NCBI GenBank assembly: GCA_000697335.1
Contig: JNEM01010683.1
Location: 1-35,738, forward strand
Reading direction: 5' to 3'
Source of the DNA: Conidiobolus incongruus B7586
Lineage: Eukaryota
Length of the DNA stretch: 35,738 nucleotides
Below, one piece after another: positions 10,718 to 25,632 of the stretch. Every line of letters starts with the position of its first letter. Positions within the stretch are counted from its first letter, which is position 1. A program made the translations under genes and the position numbers. Under the pieces are notes generated by a model, which made no database searches, was not told the origin of the DNA, and saw only the letters and a program-made list of their open reading frames with translations.

Positions 10718-11286
10718 ACTATTTCTATTAATTTCTAAAAATATATATAATTATTTATAAAAAGAATAAAGATTATAAAAAATTCGTCCTAAACATATGA
10801 TCTAGAAAAATCAATGTAATATCAATCCACAAATTCTAATTAATCAATTATCCTAATCAAAAAATTCTAGTGGAAAAATCAATATTGTGGATTGAAAGTA
10901 TTCTCTTTAACAATGCTAATAAAACCACTGTTAAAACTAATATTTGGTCATGCATCTAGTGTCCACTATTCACGAATTACCCATATTATCATTTGATCAT
11001 CTGGAGATTTTATCCGATCTAGTATTGAGTTGATATGAACTTTGGTGGAGGTTTGTTATATTGTAATTTGGCGAGATGGAGAATAAAAAATAGTTATTTT
11101 GAACCAAAATTATTCATGAATATTTAATATGTTGAATTACTTCGATGACTCAAATAAATTTGAATTAAAAATTTAGTTTAACATCAACTGCTAATATTCT
11201 TATAATTATCAAATTAACATATATTATATATTGAATGGTAATGATGATATGAATATTTGGATTTAATTGGTCAGAATCGTCAAAAT

Positions 11287-13024
11287 TTAATGAATTGGAG
11301 TAGATTTTTCAATGCATTTGATTCCGGTAGCTTCTAATCTTTCCAAAATTGGGTTGGCAATAGATGGAGTGACTGGTGCAAGAACACCTCTTTGAGAGAT
11401 GGCTCCTTCTAGGATGAGATCAACACCAATGGCACATGGGTATCCAACACATGTAGCCATGGCACTGGGTCCCTTGGGGAATGGTTCACCGAATTTTTGC
11501 AATGTGGTAGTGATCAATTCCTATTAATTAAATTAGATTAATCAATTATATTTTGATGAGGTAGTGGTGATAATAAATTACTTTTGATCCATCAGCATTT
11601 TCGACCTTAAAGCTATGCTGCAATAAAACCATATCGGATTCTCCATCCATATATTTCATCTTGCTTTCAAGCAAGTAGCAAAGAGTGTCTAAGCAGTTAC
11701 CATTTCTCTTTACTACGGGCTCTTCAGAGAGGAGACCCAGCCAAGTGACAGCTTTGAGAAGTTCATCAGCTTCACCCTCAGGAAGACTGGAAATATTGCA
11801 TTTGGCAATTAAGTTTTGGAGCGCCAGGCTAAAATATAATATTAATAACATTATAAGATTATTCATTTTGAAAAAAATTACCTCTTCTCAGGGGCACAGT
11901 CGAGCAAAGTTGAGGTGAATTCCAACTAAAGTATTGATAAATTAGTCAAGGAAAGAATAATAAATGGGTATACAATAACTTACCCAAGTAATAGGACTAG
12001 ATTTTTCTGATAGATGAGGGTTTTCATCAGAGTTGAATAATCCCAAATTGATTAACAATTTAATGATCGAAGTGAAACCCTGATTAATTTCGTCATTTAG
12101 TTAGTTGATTTTGAATTGATTGTATAATGATACATTACCTGATATCTCAAAGTTCCCCTTAAACAAGTATTGCATTCTGGGATTTCGTATTTGGTTCTAT
12201 AGATGGTACTATCTCTGTTGGGATATCCTACAGTTACCAAGTCATCGACAATGTCGATTCTTTCCTCGCAATTCATGAGATCAATGCCACCTTGAACTGT
12301 AACCAACTTTTGGTCTTTCAAGTAGGTGGCAGTGTTTTGAAGAGCGAGAAGTACACCCTTACTACTCCAACTAAACTTGTAACCCATAGGGTTGTCATTG
12401 GAAGTGGGTGCGGGTAAACCACCACAGTAAGAAATAAATTCTAAGATTTTGCCACCACGAGAGTGCACTTCGTCAATGGTTTTGACAGCATACAAGTGAT
12501 CAATACCGGGGTCCAAACCAATTTCGTTGAGGACAGTAATACCAGCTTCTTTGACTCTATATTGATTCAACTAAGCTCAGAAAACAGATCAGTGAATTAA
12601 AGCTATGAAATTACCTGTCATTTTGGTTTTGCATAGCCTCCGAAATATAACTGGTAGTGACCATATGCTTTTTGAATTTGAGACAGGCTTCAAGCACTTT
12701 GAGATGGAAAGTATAAGGGACCAAACTGATCACAATTTCATTTCTCTCAACGAGAGGATGAAGACTGCTTTCGTCACTAATATTCACTTCAGTGGCTTGT
12801 GTGTTGTGAGGGTATGCTTCACATAAAGCTTGTGATTCTTTTAATTCCAAACTGGCTAAAAATTAAAAAATATATATAAGTCAAAGAAATATTATCGGTA
12901 TAATTGAAATAGTACCAACTGTGATGAAATAGTTAGGATTTTTAGCTAAGTAATTGAGACAAGGGCCTGCTACAAACCCTGATCCGAGAAGGAGAATTTT
13001 TCTACAATGGTTCAAGTTAGTCAT
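11287..13024 (-). CDS. LYS9: Saccharopine dehydrogenase (NADP+, L-glutamate-forming), 7 exons
   Basis: ILLLGSGFVA, NEIGLDPGIDHLYA, SYCGGLPAP, YKFSWS, RGTLRY, SAMATCVGYP. Exons joined in frame by GT-AG introns: 13024-12916, 12855-12615, 12556-12139, 12079-11984, 11925-11882, 11828-11582, 11520-11287. Confidence 0.93.
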
Positions 13025-15194
13025 TGTACTTGACAGATTATTATTGAATTTAATATGAATTGAATATCTATATCTATATATATATATATTATACTGATTG
13101 ATAATTATCAATCCATTTTAATAATATTTTTTAATATTAAAAATATAATATCAATCCAACTAACCTATTTAATTCTTGAACCATTATTATAAATTCAAAA
13201 GAATATCAAAAGTATTTTATTCAAAAAATAAACCAGTCACACGAGTGTATTTATACATCAATTATGATCAATCCAAATCTGGCAATTATAATCACATTGA
13301 TTTAATGTAAAATCGAACGATTTTATAATATACATTTTGGGAATTTTGATAAGAGTTATTATATCATAGAATTTACATTTAAAATAATCATTTAATTAGA
13401 ATATACTTTTCATTATCCAAGTCTGAAGACATATTTAATATTTCAATTGATTATTTTTTTCCTTTGAGGTTGATATACCATATCTATTCCATTTTTAAAT
13501 CAATCTAAATTTTCAAAAAACTTCAGCTAATTTCAAGTGTGGCAATATGGTTCGATGAAGCACTGGGTGAAAAAGTGACTATAGATCCACAATTCTACCT
13601 ATTACTACAATGCTAAAGAGTGGAAGGGGCGACTACAATTCAACCTAAAATAGCGTCAAACCAGCCATATTAAATAACCACCTATTCACAAATTCTTTTG
13701 TGCTTTGAATCCAATATCAGATGATTTTATTGGCTTAATTGAAACAATGGTCAGATGATTTCAAATTATTCCAATTAAAAAATTTGGAATTGAATCTATT
13801 GTGTGATCTTGTTTGACGAATTAAAGTGTTTATCCCAAATATATTGAGCAACTTCAGTATGATTATATCACTTCTGCCATATGTTTAATTTTTTTCAATC
13901 AAAAAATATATTTCCACTTATTAAATTCCTTAGATTTCATTTTTCTCCAATTGTATATCACAGTAGTCCTATCAAATTATCAAAACCTACCTTCAACATG
14001 ATACGTCATTCTTTTTTTATTCAAAAGGTCGCTCAAATATCCATAATTATTTTATTTTAAATTTATCCAATTATCAAATTATTTTTAATGGTAAATATAG
14101 GGACTTTTATATCAGATGATTTAGTGGACCTTGCCAAATCCTCTAATATTTCTAAATTGCATATTTTAACTACATTAAGTATATAATTGTTTTACAAATT
14201 AACTAAAAATTGAATATTACTGATATAGTCTAAAATATGAAATTTTATAATTAATATTTCATATTTATTTTTTAAAATTTTTAAAGTAATTTTTAATTAA
14301 TAAAAATCTCATAAAAAAATGAAAATTTGATGAATTAAGATTAATTATGTTATTAAAAAAATACCCCTTTATTATTTTTATATTAATTTCAAATTACATT
14401 TGAATGCAAATCAATAAATGGATAAAATATAATAATGTACAATTCGAATTAGCATAATCTTGATAATATATAAATTATATTAATAATTTTTAAATATCAA
14501 TTAAATAGTAAGTAAAACATAAATATAAATCATCAGATTAGAATATTTAGCCAGAATTGATAATATTGAAATATTGAATAAAGTTTAAGAAATAATATTT
14601 ATCGAATTTGAAATTATATTTGATATACCATTTACAATAATAAGTAATATTTTTATAGTTAGATTGAAAAATGATATAAATAAGATATTCAAGTATATCA
14701 TATATTAATCTTTTAAATATTTTATATTTGAAATTAATTTAATTAACCTAATTCTTAGTATTAGAATTATTTAATTGATTGAAATTAAGTTTATATTTAT
14801 AATATATTATTTAAAATAATAAATTTAAGGATAATATAATAATCATCAAATCCTAATTAATTTAATAATTTAAAAAATTAAAATAACATGCTATGTTTGA
14901 TTTTTGTTGAAAATAATTGAGGGAAAAAATAAGAAAAATATTCTAAATGCTAAAAAATTTAGGTTGTGATTAATAATGTAATTGAAATAATAATACTAAA
15001 TAAAAAGGCTAAAATTGCCATCAATATGAGATAAAATAAAATATCATTGATAAGATCTTACAAATAGATAAACATATTAGAAAAAATATATTAAATTGAT
15101 GTGTATATATATTGTAAAATCAATCAGTATATGTAATCAAAGTTTTTAGCATGGTTAATTTTAATTGATATACATTGATCTCAAGTGAATCATA

Positions 15195-18100
15195 TTAAAA
15201 GAATGTAGAATGGGATCTAGAGTGCATTTTGACTCCTCCAAGAAAATTTTCTCTTTTTCCTTTCCTGTCCGGCTTAGGAGCAGGAGGCGGTGCGCTTATA
15301 CTGGAAGGACAGTCTGGTGCGAGGGCTTCAGATTTAAATAGTGACTGCCACTCACCAGCTTGCGCTTTAATTGATTGGATAGAAGGAATGATTGATGTAA
15401 CTGAGCGCCTTCTTACATGTTTTCGTATCGAGGGTACTGTTTGTGATTTGATTTTTGTACTGACCGAATAATTGCCAGGAGATAATGGCTCCATGGTTGC
15501 ATTATCATTAATGGTCTGTGTCGTGGGAACTGATTTAATTTGAACATCAGGAAAGCCAGCAAAAGGGGCCGTTGGCGATGATAACAGGTATTCTTTCGCA
15601 ATATTTTCCATGGCAACAGGATCAATAGAACCTAAACTAAAGCGCCTGTATTTGTATTTTGGTTGATCAATAGATGGAAGTTCATTTGGAATTTGTAATT
15701 CATTTGAATGAATATTAAGATCACTAAAAATAATAAATTAGATTATTTAGCACATTTAAAATATCCATTATTAAAATATTGAAAGTTAAATAAGGAATAT
15801 AAATCTCTTTGATAAAAATTAGTAAGAAATAGAAGAATATTTAATTAAAAAGAATATAATTATATTATTTTCTGTTAGCTAGATTTAAATTCAGCTATTT
15901 AATAAAAAATAGGCCGAAATTGCAAGGATCTAGTTAAGAGCTCTATAATGATTGACCAAAGTTCATTTTAACCTTCTTCTTAATTACCATCCCCTAATCG
16001 AAATAGAGGAATAATGAGTCAATAGTTAAGCGAAGATTGAGGAAGAAAATAACAAGTCAATTTTTTTTTCAAAATGGGGTATATTGAAAATATTTACAAA
16101 ATAGTCATTCAAAAATTAATAATAAAAAACGGTTTACTCACTGGTCATTATCAAGTGAATCTTCTTCCCAGTCCGCGGCTTCATCAATTATACCACCATG
16201 TACTTGATTAAGTGACTGAGGCTGGCTTAAAAACTTAGCTAACTAAACAAAAAATAATTAATTTATACATATTTTAAATTAACTTGATGATTTTAGAATA
16301 CCTGTTTCTTATTAATGTCATCATGTTCGCTAAATTCAGGAGGAGAATTAGTTTTAAACATTTTCTGACTCGAAGTTTTAGAAGCGTGTGGAGTGTGTTC
16401 CTCATTTGAAGGTAAGTTAGGTAGCTCTTTATTTTTATCGGGAATCCCTGTTGAAAAATTACCATCCAGTGGTTCGAGATCTCTCTGCTTTGTGTCTTTC
16501 AAAGAAACCTGTGAGTAATGTTGCCAATCGGGATTATTTTTAATTTCTAAAGAATAAAAACTAGTTATAGAGAATGTTATCAAAAGGAAAATGTAGTTTA
16601 ACCTTGAATTTCAGGACCTAATTCTAATTCAATCCTCTCTAAATGTTTAACAGTTTCTTCAGCAATAAATGTGAGATGACCCATATAGCCCAAGCGATAT
16701 CCTCTAGGAGATGCAATAAAAGTATCATTAGCTTTTTGAGCATCTGTGATACGTGTAGTGAGGTTGCAATTGATGAAGAGGTCTCTTAACAAACAAATAT
16801 TGACCTTATTTTTTAAATTCAAATTCAATAACTGATGAATTAAGTCAAATACAACAACGTGTAAAAAATTATTCAATTCATATTGGAAAAATAAATCCTA
16901 AAAATATGATAGTTGAGTGTTATAGATTGATATAAAGTAGTGTTCGAATATTACCAAAAATATTGAAGAAATTTTAAGCTCCAAAAATTTTAACTTCGTC
17001 CAGTCTCCAATTGATAAGAAATTAGGGTCTTTAATACCACTATCGGATATCGATAACTTTTCCATGCTACTAATAGTGTCTTTACTAATAGCTGTAAGGC
17101 TTACCGAGCTGGAGAAAATGGAATCGTTGTTGAATTGATCAAAATAAGATGATTGAAATTGAGCTGTTTCAGCCTTTTTTTCAGCTGTTTCTGTATCTTC
17201 TTTGAGTTCATCGGCTTGAGTTTGACTAGTTGGGAGATTATCGTCCCTTAACTTAAGATATTTTTCCAGTTCAGTTTCGCCTAAGGGACAAGGGACTTTG
17301 CTCAAATGAGTCATATTAGAACAATGTAACAGTTCGGCAATCAATTCGCAGACTTTAAGTCTTTCAAAACCAAGAGGAACAAATTCACCAGAGGAATTTC
17401 TGATTTTAGTTGACTAAAAATAAATATTAGATACAAATTATAAATATATAAATATAATAAAATACCTTTCTTGGATTTTTTAATAAATTCAAAAAATTTT
17501 CTAAGTTTTGAGTTAAAATTTTAACTAAACTACTCAAATCAGCTGGAATCCTTTGACCATGATATCTTGATGTAGGTGGTGGAATTTCGAAATTTCCTTC
17601 TCTATGAAAACTATTAATATTATTTTGTATAAATAATGAATCATACAATATCTTACATATAATTCCTTCTAATAATTTCAATAAAAATTGTAACACCAAA
17701 AGTTAAACAAGAATCTGCATTTTCTTCACAGGGTTGGAGCATGTAATTAACAATGGTTTGAACAATTTCTTCACTAAATAATTCAAAATTAAAAAGTTAA
17801 TTACATTGAATAATGGTTATTTACCTCACTAATTGTTCAATTAATGGATTAATTCCAATACTAAATTGCTCAGCGCTACTGCATTGAGAGATTGCAATGA
17901 TATGTAATATGACTTGTGAGGTTTCTGAATGTGTCTGATTTAAAAATAATTATTAGATGAATTTAAATATGTAATTAATATGATAATATACATTAGGTAT
18001 AGGTGAGGGAGCTAAACGATTAACTAATTTTGTAACTAAACCTTCGCGATGTAACCACTAAATAATGATCAATTAAAATTATTATTCTTATTATACATTT

Positions 18101-19125
18101 AATAAATGTAATTATTACATCAACAATGCCCATTCCCTCAGGTATCTCTTCAAGGCAAATTAATTTTAATAACAAGTCCATTATAATAGGATTTTCAAAA
18201 TGATTTAATATACAGTTTAAAGCTTGGTCTTGATTATATATAAATTCTAAAGTCTAGATATAAAAATTAATATTTAGTTTAAAACCAAGGAATAGTATTA
18301 TTTCTTACTTCTTTTGTTTTACGAGTTAGTAAACCACCGAATACTCTTGCAAAAGAAGTTGATAAAGCAGTTTCAATGGGAGACTTTGAGTGTAAAATTT
18401 CCCATAAGCGCATGAGGGATTGATTAGGATCAGCCAAAATAGAAGTGGCTATAGAATCATGTTCAGATGCTAATACTTCTAAGCTTATATTATATAATCT
18501 GCAATCAAATTTTAATTTATATATTAATGAATAAATATAATAATCAATTTAAAAGTTTTATCTCACTTTTCATTTTTCAAATTATTATCTTCAACGGTTG
18601 AGTTGGCACTTGATGAACTATCTTCTGAATTTCTTTCTTTAGTAGATTTAAGATTTGTAGAAATAATGGAGGCATCTGGTTAAATTAAAATAAATTAAAA
18701 TATCTGCGAAATAATCTAATGTAATCTGTATTTACAATTGTTTTCTTTTAATACAATAGAGAATAGTTGACTCAATACTTGGGGGTTGATCAGTCTAAAT
18801 ATTGATGAATAAAATGAATTGGAGGGATTATATTTAATAAAATATTTTTACTTACAACTCTAGTAATTTTTCATTTCCTTTCTTTAACTGCGGTAAGAAT
18901 TCCTCTTCTAATAAGATGGTAGATAATTCAACATTATTATTGGCATTAGGATTTGTAGTATTGAGATTGAAATTAGGATTATTCGTTTCTAAAATACTAA
19001 ATCAATATTTATTCCAACTTTAAATTATATCAAATAAAACTACTATTTTGTAAATTATTCAAGTATTTATCTATTAAATTATCCAAACTGTTAGAGTTAG
19101 ACTGAAAAGCGAACCTCCAAAACAT
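15195..19125 (-). CDS. SIT4/PP6 phosphatase-associated protein (SAPS family, Sap155/185/190/Ekc1-like), multi-exon
   Basis: Starts MFWRFAF at 19125. Contains LGFERLKVCELIAELLHCSNM, NNFLHVVVFDL and RLGYMGHLTFIAE. Many short GT-AG introns. The last exon (15723-15195) joins in frame via a 418-nt intron. Not every internal junction was verified. Confidence 0.85.
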
Positions 19126-19405
19126 ATTAATTTTAATATATTATTTACAAGTATTTATGAATAATAAATTAACTAAAACACTTTAAATTTATATATGTGT
19201 GTGAGTATATATAATTATGATATTATATAAAAATAAGATTAGGATTAAGAGAGAATAATTTCAATTAATATGATAAATAAAATTTAATTCTATTTGAATT
19301 ATAATGACAAGTCCACTCTCATTTATTACTCAATTGAATTGAATTTTTATTTCGCTGAATAAGGAGTTAAGGAGGAAAGTATCAATTAGATTAATTTAAA
19401 TTAAT

Positions 19406-19410
<5 letters not shown>

Positions 19411-19436
<26 letters not shown>
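19411..19436. repeat. (AT)n microsatellite
   Basis: About 13 AT units; another (AT)n run lies near 20982-21002. Confidence 0.8.
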
Positions 19437-22400
19437 TGAGTTTTGTTAATTTATCTTAAAATAAATTATTTTACAAAGTGCCAATAGTATTTTTGGTATT
19501 GAATAAAACTAATAAAATTACAATGTACCATGTTTTTGAATATTTGTGCATATTTCGTCAATCTAAATTTCAATATATTGCATGATTAAAAATTTTTGGT
19601 ACTAATTATTTCTGGTTAGTAATAAAATATAAAATGGCGTTTAGTAATATTTTCATCGTACAATCAATAAATATTAATTACTTTATGTTCCTTATAAGCA
19701 TTAATTATCAATGGAATTTTACTAGATTGAATCATGTTTATTATTCTTTATTGAATCCATTTATAATTATATTCGTTTATAGTATTTTATAAACAATTCA
19801 ATATAAAATAATGGAATTTTATTGAAAAATAATACTTTTAATTGTTTCAATTTTATCAAATCTCAGTTTAAATTTAACATAATCATCATTAAATACTACT
19901 TATTCTTATTTTAAAATTCTACAATATTAATTAATATTTAATTATATTGACAAATAATCAACAACACACTATACAATTAAAATTGAAATTGATATTTCTT
20001 AATCTATATATATAGACTTGAAATTAATAATATTTAAATTATATCAATTTATCACTTTAATACTTTTAACTTTAATTCAATAATTTTTGATGATAAAAAA
20101 ATATAATATTACATAATATTATATTATTGAATTTATTTTTATAATGTGATAATATTTATGGTATATTAAAATTATGTAATTTATTCAATTTTCAGTACTC
20201 TAGGTAATTTTTTTAATTTCAAATTTCAACTTTAATTAACATACCAATATTGTTGTAAATAAAATCTCTTTTTAATAATGCCTAATGAATAAATCTCAAA
20301 ATACACTAATATTTTAACTAATACTACAAATGATTGTACCCAAATAGGTTATATTGGTTTTTAGTTATATTTATTTATGTCACTTCTTTTCATTAATATT
20401 TAAAACTATTTTCAATGCTATATTGATATTGAATTATAAATTATAAATCACATTGGTAGAATTACACAATCAATTATGTTTCTAATAAATTTATTTTAAA
20501 AAAATATTATAAAAATTTTTTAATATATAATATTTCGTTTATTAATTAAACTAATTAAAATCAACATCTATATATTTTGATCATAATTTGTTAAATAATA
20601 AATCATGTTTTTCATTCTCTGTAATGAGAATATAATTAGATACTTAAAGCGAAATTTATTAATAATTAAAATCAACTTCATTGTATACAATATCATTTTG
20701 ATATATATTAATTACTAACTTCAATATTAAGTTATATCTATGATTCTAAACAATGCAAAAATAATAGAGTATTCCTATATATTATATGCACAAATTTAAA
20801 TATTTATAATATTTAGCTTGGTTTGATTACAAATTCATAGATGTTTCTAAGAATATCTTTGAAAAAAGTAGTTTAAGCTTTAATAATTTCAAACTTTAGT
20901 ATATATCAAAATTATTAATATTTTAACTTTTTGAACTTATTTTTCCTAAAAAATATAAATAAGCTCAATCTTTAAAAAATGATATATATATATATATATA
21001 TAGGTAATTACTAAACATTTTATACAAATATTAATAATATAGTACTCCCATAATATGTAGGAATTTTGGTGAAGTTAAAGGTCAAAGGAGTTCAACAACT
21101 AATAAATCCATATAAATTAATAGTATTATAAAGTTAAAAGACTAGATTTTTGAATTTTTTGTAAAATATTGCATTATATGCCTAATACTCAATCATTTGT
21201 CAATTTAATTTTATATAAAAAAAATTATCTATGTAAAATAAACAAGATTTACTTTCTCTTTTGAATTACATCGTTATTATATGATTATTCCTAATGATTA
21301 TTATTTCCTTGGAGCTTACAACTTCCTGTGAAAATCTGTTTGTTTTTATCTTGATATATATTGCTTATTACCTCTAAATTTCAAATAAAGCTATTTACAT
21401 TTAAACAGAGTTTTTCAATCTGTATTAATTTGAGCCTCCCTTTGCTTTTTTAAGGTAATTTGTGAATATTATCATTGCTGTATTTTAGTTACAGAAATAT
21501 ATCAAGAATTTTAATGATTATTTCACATAAATTATTGAATTTATATTTTTACATTAATACTTTGTTGTATTTCAATTGAATATATATTATAATAATCTGT
21601 TTTTAATAGTTAAATTATAATAAGTATTGTTTAAATTTTCTAAAGAATTTTTTTAAAGTAAGTTTGAATTTTTGGAATATTTATGAATAATAAAGCTTTA
21701 ATAGATTGATAGTATAAATAAGGTATTGTTTTTCAAGCCAGTTCAAAAAGTCAATTTTGTTAGATTATTTGTAATTATTTTGTTAATTATTTAATATACA
21801 ATAATAAAAAATAAAGCACAAATCTTTGTATTAATAGTAATTTTTTATATATCATATTTCAATTTCAAGTGAAAATTTAAATTATATTCTAACTATAAAT
21901 TTTAATATAATAAAATGCAAAAATTTATTTTTAAATCAGCATGCCTTAATTATAATAACTGATATAATAAAAATATTATATTTTATCTTATAAGGTTTTA
22001 AAATATATAACCTTAATCACTTATGAAAAAATATATCAATCAATTGAATAGATTTAATAAAATTAAACATGGAATAAGTGTAAAATCAATATTTTAGCAT
22101 TTCAATCAACAAATGATCAAAATAAATATATTATAATTATTATTAAGCTATCCTTTTAATTCCAAAATTAGTAATGAAAAAAATAGTATAATTGTGGTAA
22201 AGTTAGGCACATCAATATATACATTCTTATAATTAAGTGTAATCAAATTTACAGCAATTTATTATCAACAAATTTATTTAACAATATAAATCATAATATC
22301 TGCATAACTATTAAAAAATGCTTGAAAAATTGATATTCATAATACCATAATCTCATAAGATTAATAATTTAGAAAATAATTCGTAATAGATAAATAAAGC

Positions 22401-24027
22401 AAATTGATAGTATATTGAAGAGTATGAAATACACTTTTTAAAATAATTATGGTTTATATATATAGCAATTATAAAACACTATTTGTATTTTCTAAATATT
22501 TTTCTAATATTAAGGTAAAATATTGAATTTTAATGAGATTATCAACAAAATATCTAAATTTTTTGGCTAAATAATGAAATTATTAATTCAATATAGATTC
22601 AATATACTGTCCTTCAGATTTCTTACACATCGTTGTTAATATATTGGATTCAATATCATTCAAACATTTCTATAAATTTTATTTCATATTAATATATAAA
22701 ATATTAAAATTATTATGATATGTGTATATTAATTTAGTTTATTAAAATTAAATGGAATTATAATCGAATGATGAATTTATTAATAGAATTAGTTTGACAA
22801 ATCAGAAATTTATCCAAGTTTGATTGATTTTAATTTGAAAAATGGATGATATAGCTACGTAATAATAATTTCATATCATTTTAGTATTTTTATAAAGAAT
22901 CTAACCTTCTGCTTCAATAAGAAAATTGAGTGATAGAATATCAAATCAAAAATTTAAATAGAATAATTATAAATTTATTTCTTCATATTAATTCCAATAA
23001 CATCTATAAACTGATATAGTTGAAATATGAATAATTCATACTTAAATATAATTATCGAATGATATATATTACCTTTAATATAAAAATTTTCAATCTTGAT
23101 AAATAAATCCACTATTAAAAAATTTCAATTTTTCAAAAATCATTTTCGAAAATCAATTACATGAGAATTAATGGATTATTAAAATTTATTAAGTTGAATA
23201 TTACTTAATATGTAAAAATTAAGAGATATATCTTTTTAGTTATGAATATAAATTTTTGGATAATTTTAATTAATATTATTCACTCAACAAAATTTCTAAA
23301 AAATATATATATTTTGAATTTTTTAAATTTGTATTAAATAATATTAAATCAGAATAAATTAGAGTTATTAAACTGATTAAATTAAAGTAATTGAAATTTT
23401 AAATTAATTAATTTCTCTTTTCTCTTTACTAAAATTTCAAATTGATTCAAAAATCACATGTATAACTTTGATAAATTTTGTACCCTAAAATAATCTTCCA
23501 TATCGGCTAATATCGGACTCAACACATCCTTCACGTCGCTTGAAATACTTGGGATCGTTATCTGTTTCTTTCCTTCTTGAAGGTAATGGTCACGAGAATA
23601 CTCAATTTATGCAATGCTCCTTGAATCGTAAGCATTATTAAATTGACTAGGTTACGATAAACAAATTATTCATATGGATGTGCTTTGAAATATTAATTCA
23701 GAATGAGTTAGACCAAATGAGGGACGATAAATTAGTGGATGATAAAAAGTTCCAAAGGCGAGAATTATTAAATTAATTGGATTAATAGACAATAAATCGA
23801 AACTGATTGGATACTAAAAGAGGATATAATTTCTCATTAAACACACGTCACATAACAAGTTAACCCCAAAGTGGAATACTAAATCAAACCCTTGAAAACA
23901 CATGAAAAAGAGAATATAAAAAGCATATTAAACTCCTCAGAATTCTTTGACATCTCATTAAAAAAATTTAAACTATAAAATCTTATTCTTTACAAAATTA
24001 ATATTCTATTAACCCTTTTATTTTACA

Positions 24028-25632
24028 ATGATTGACGAAGATTTGATTTTTGAAAAGGAAGTCGCTCAAATTAAACAGTGGTGGGCTAGCGAGCGTTTTA
24101 AGAACGTTACACGTCCTTACACTGCTGAGTCCATTGCTTCCAAGAGAGGTTCTATCAATTTTGAATACCCTTCAAATATTCAGGCTAAGAAATTGTGGAG
24201 AATCTTGAAGCGTCACCACGCTGCTAAGACTACTTCTCCTACCTTTGGCGCTTTGGATCCTGTACAAGTTGCCCAGATGGCTAAGTATATTGAAACTGTT
24301 TATGTCTCTGGATGGCAGTGCTCATCTACTGCTTCTACTTCTAACGAGCCTGGACCTGACTTGGCTGACTATCCAATGGATACTGTGCCAAATAAGGTTG
24401 ACCAACTTTTCCGTGCACAGTTGTTCCACGACCGTAAGCAACGTGAACATCGCTACACGATGAATGCTGATCAACGCAAGAACTTGAAATACATCGATTT
24501 TCTAAGACCCATCGTTGCTGATGCAGATGCAGGTCATGGAGGTATCACTGCTGTGATGAAGTTAGCCAAGATGTTCGTTGAACGTGGTGCTGCTGGTATT
24601 CATATTGAAGATCAAGCTGCAGGTTACAAGAAATGTGGTCATATGGGAGGCAAAGTATTAGTTCCAATGTCTGAACATATTAATCGTTTAGTTGCTTGCC
24701 GTGTTCAGTTTGATATTATGGGTACTGAAACTATCTTGGTTGCTCGTACCGATGCTGAAGCTTCTAAGCTTCTTACCAGCAACATTGACAAGCGTGATCA
24801 CCCCTTCATTCTCGGTAGCACTAACCCTGACCTGCATCCCTTGTCCCGCGTGCTTGCCGATGCCCAGGAGGCCGGTAAGTCTGGTAACGATTTGAGTGCT
24901 ATCGAAGCCGAATGGATAGAAAAAGCCAATTTGATGACTTATGGAGATGCTGTCGCTCACTACATCCGCACCAGCTCCATTGGAGACAGAGACCAACTCC
25001 TCATCAAATGGAACGACTATGTCAAGAAGGCTAGTCATTATGAAGCCAAAGCCTATGCTAAATCGCTTGGTATCAATATCTTTTGGTGTTGGGATGCTTG
25101 CCGTACTCGTGAAGGTTTTTACCGCACCAAGGCTGGTATCGAATGGGCTATTGCTCGTGCTGTTGCCTTCGCTCCCTATGCTGACTTATTGTGGATGGAA
25201 AGTCCTAAGCCCGATTTTGAACAAGCTAAACAGTTTGCTCATGGTGTATTATCCCGCCATCCCAATGCCATGCTTGCATACAACTTGTCACCATCCTTCA
25301 ACTGGGATGTTGCAGGCTTGTCTGACAAGCAAATCGGTACCTATATCAACGATCTTGGTGCCATGGGCTACGTCTGGCAATTCATTACCCTTGCAGGTTT
25401 CCACACCAATTCATTAGCTATTGATAACTTTGCTAAAGACTTCGCCACTCGCGGTATGTCCGCCTATGTCGAGAACATCCAGCGCAAAGAGCGCGAACTC
25501 GGTGTTGAAACCCTTGCTCACCAAAATTGGTCAGGTGCCAACTATGTCGATCGAGTTACTTGTATCGCTACCAGTGGTGTTTCATCAACTAGTGCCATGG
25601 GAGCTGGTGTCACCGAAACTCAATTCAAATAG
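24028..25632 (+). CDS. ICL1: Isocitrate lyase (long fungal/plant type), 534 aa, intronless
   Basis: [35 protein letters not shown], catalytic [29 protein letters not shown] and C-terminal [11 protein letters not shown]. Confidence 0.97.
   Translation: MIDEDLIFEKEVAQIKQWWASERFKNVTRPYTAESIASKRGSINFEYPSNIQAKKLWRILKRHHAAKTTSPTFGALDPVQVAQMAKYIETVYVSGWQCSSTASTSNEPGPDLADYPMDTVPNKVDQLFRAQLFHDRKQREHRYTMNADQRKNLKYIDFLRPIVADADAGHGGITAVMKLAKMFVERGAAGIHIEDQAAGYKKCGHMGGKVLVPMSEHINRLVACRVQFDIMGTETILVARTDAEASKLLTSNIDKRDHPFILGSTNPDLHPLSRVLADAQEAGKSGNDLSAIEAEWIEKANLMTYGDAVAHYIRTSSIGDRDQLLIKWNDYVKKASHYEAKAYAKSLGINIFWCWDACRTREGFYRTKAGIEWAIARAVAFAPYADLLWMESPKPDFEQAKQFAHGVLSRHPNAMLAYNLSPSFNWDVAGLSDKQIGTYINDLGAMGYVWQFITLAGFHTNSLAIDNFAKDFATRGMSAYVENIQRKERELGVETLAHQNWSGANYVDRVTCIATSGVSSTSAMGAGVTETQFK

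Noticed and set aside
10822..10896. 11-bp inverted repeat TCAATCCACAA/TTGTGGATTGA
   Set aside because: Too short and isolated to support a MITE or ncRNA call.
13500..14150. Slightly GC-richer patch between LYS9 and SAPS, possible pseudogene
   Set aside because: I could not obtain a recognisable collinear protein motif. It may be regulatory DNA.
21050..21530. Possible decayed coding fragment
   Set aside because: No assignable motif by manual translation.
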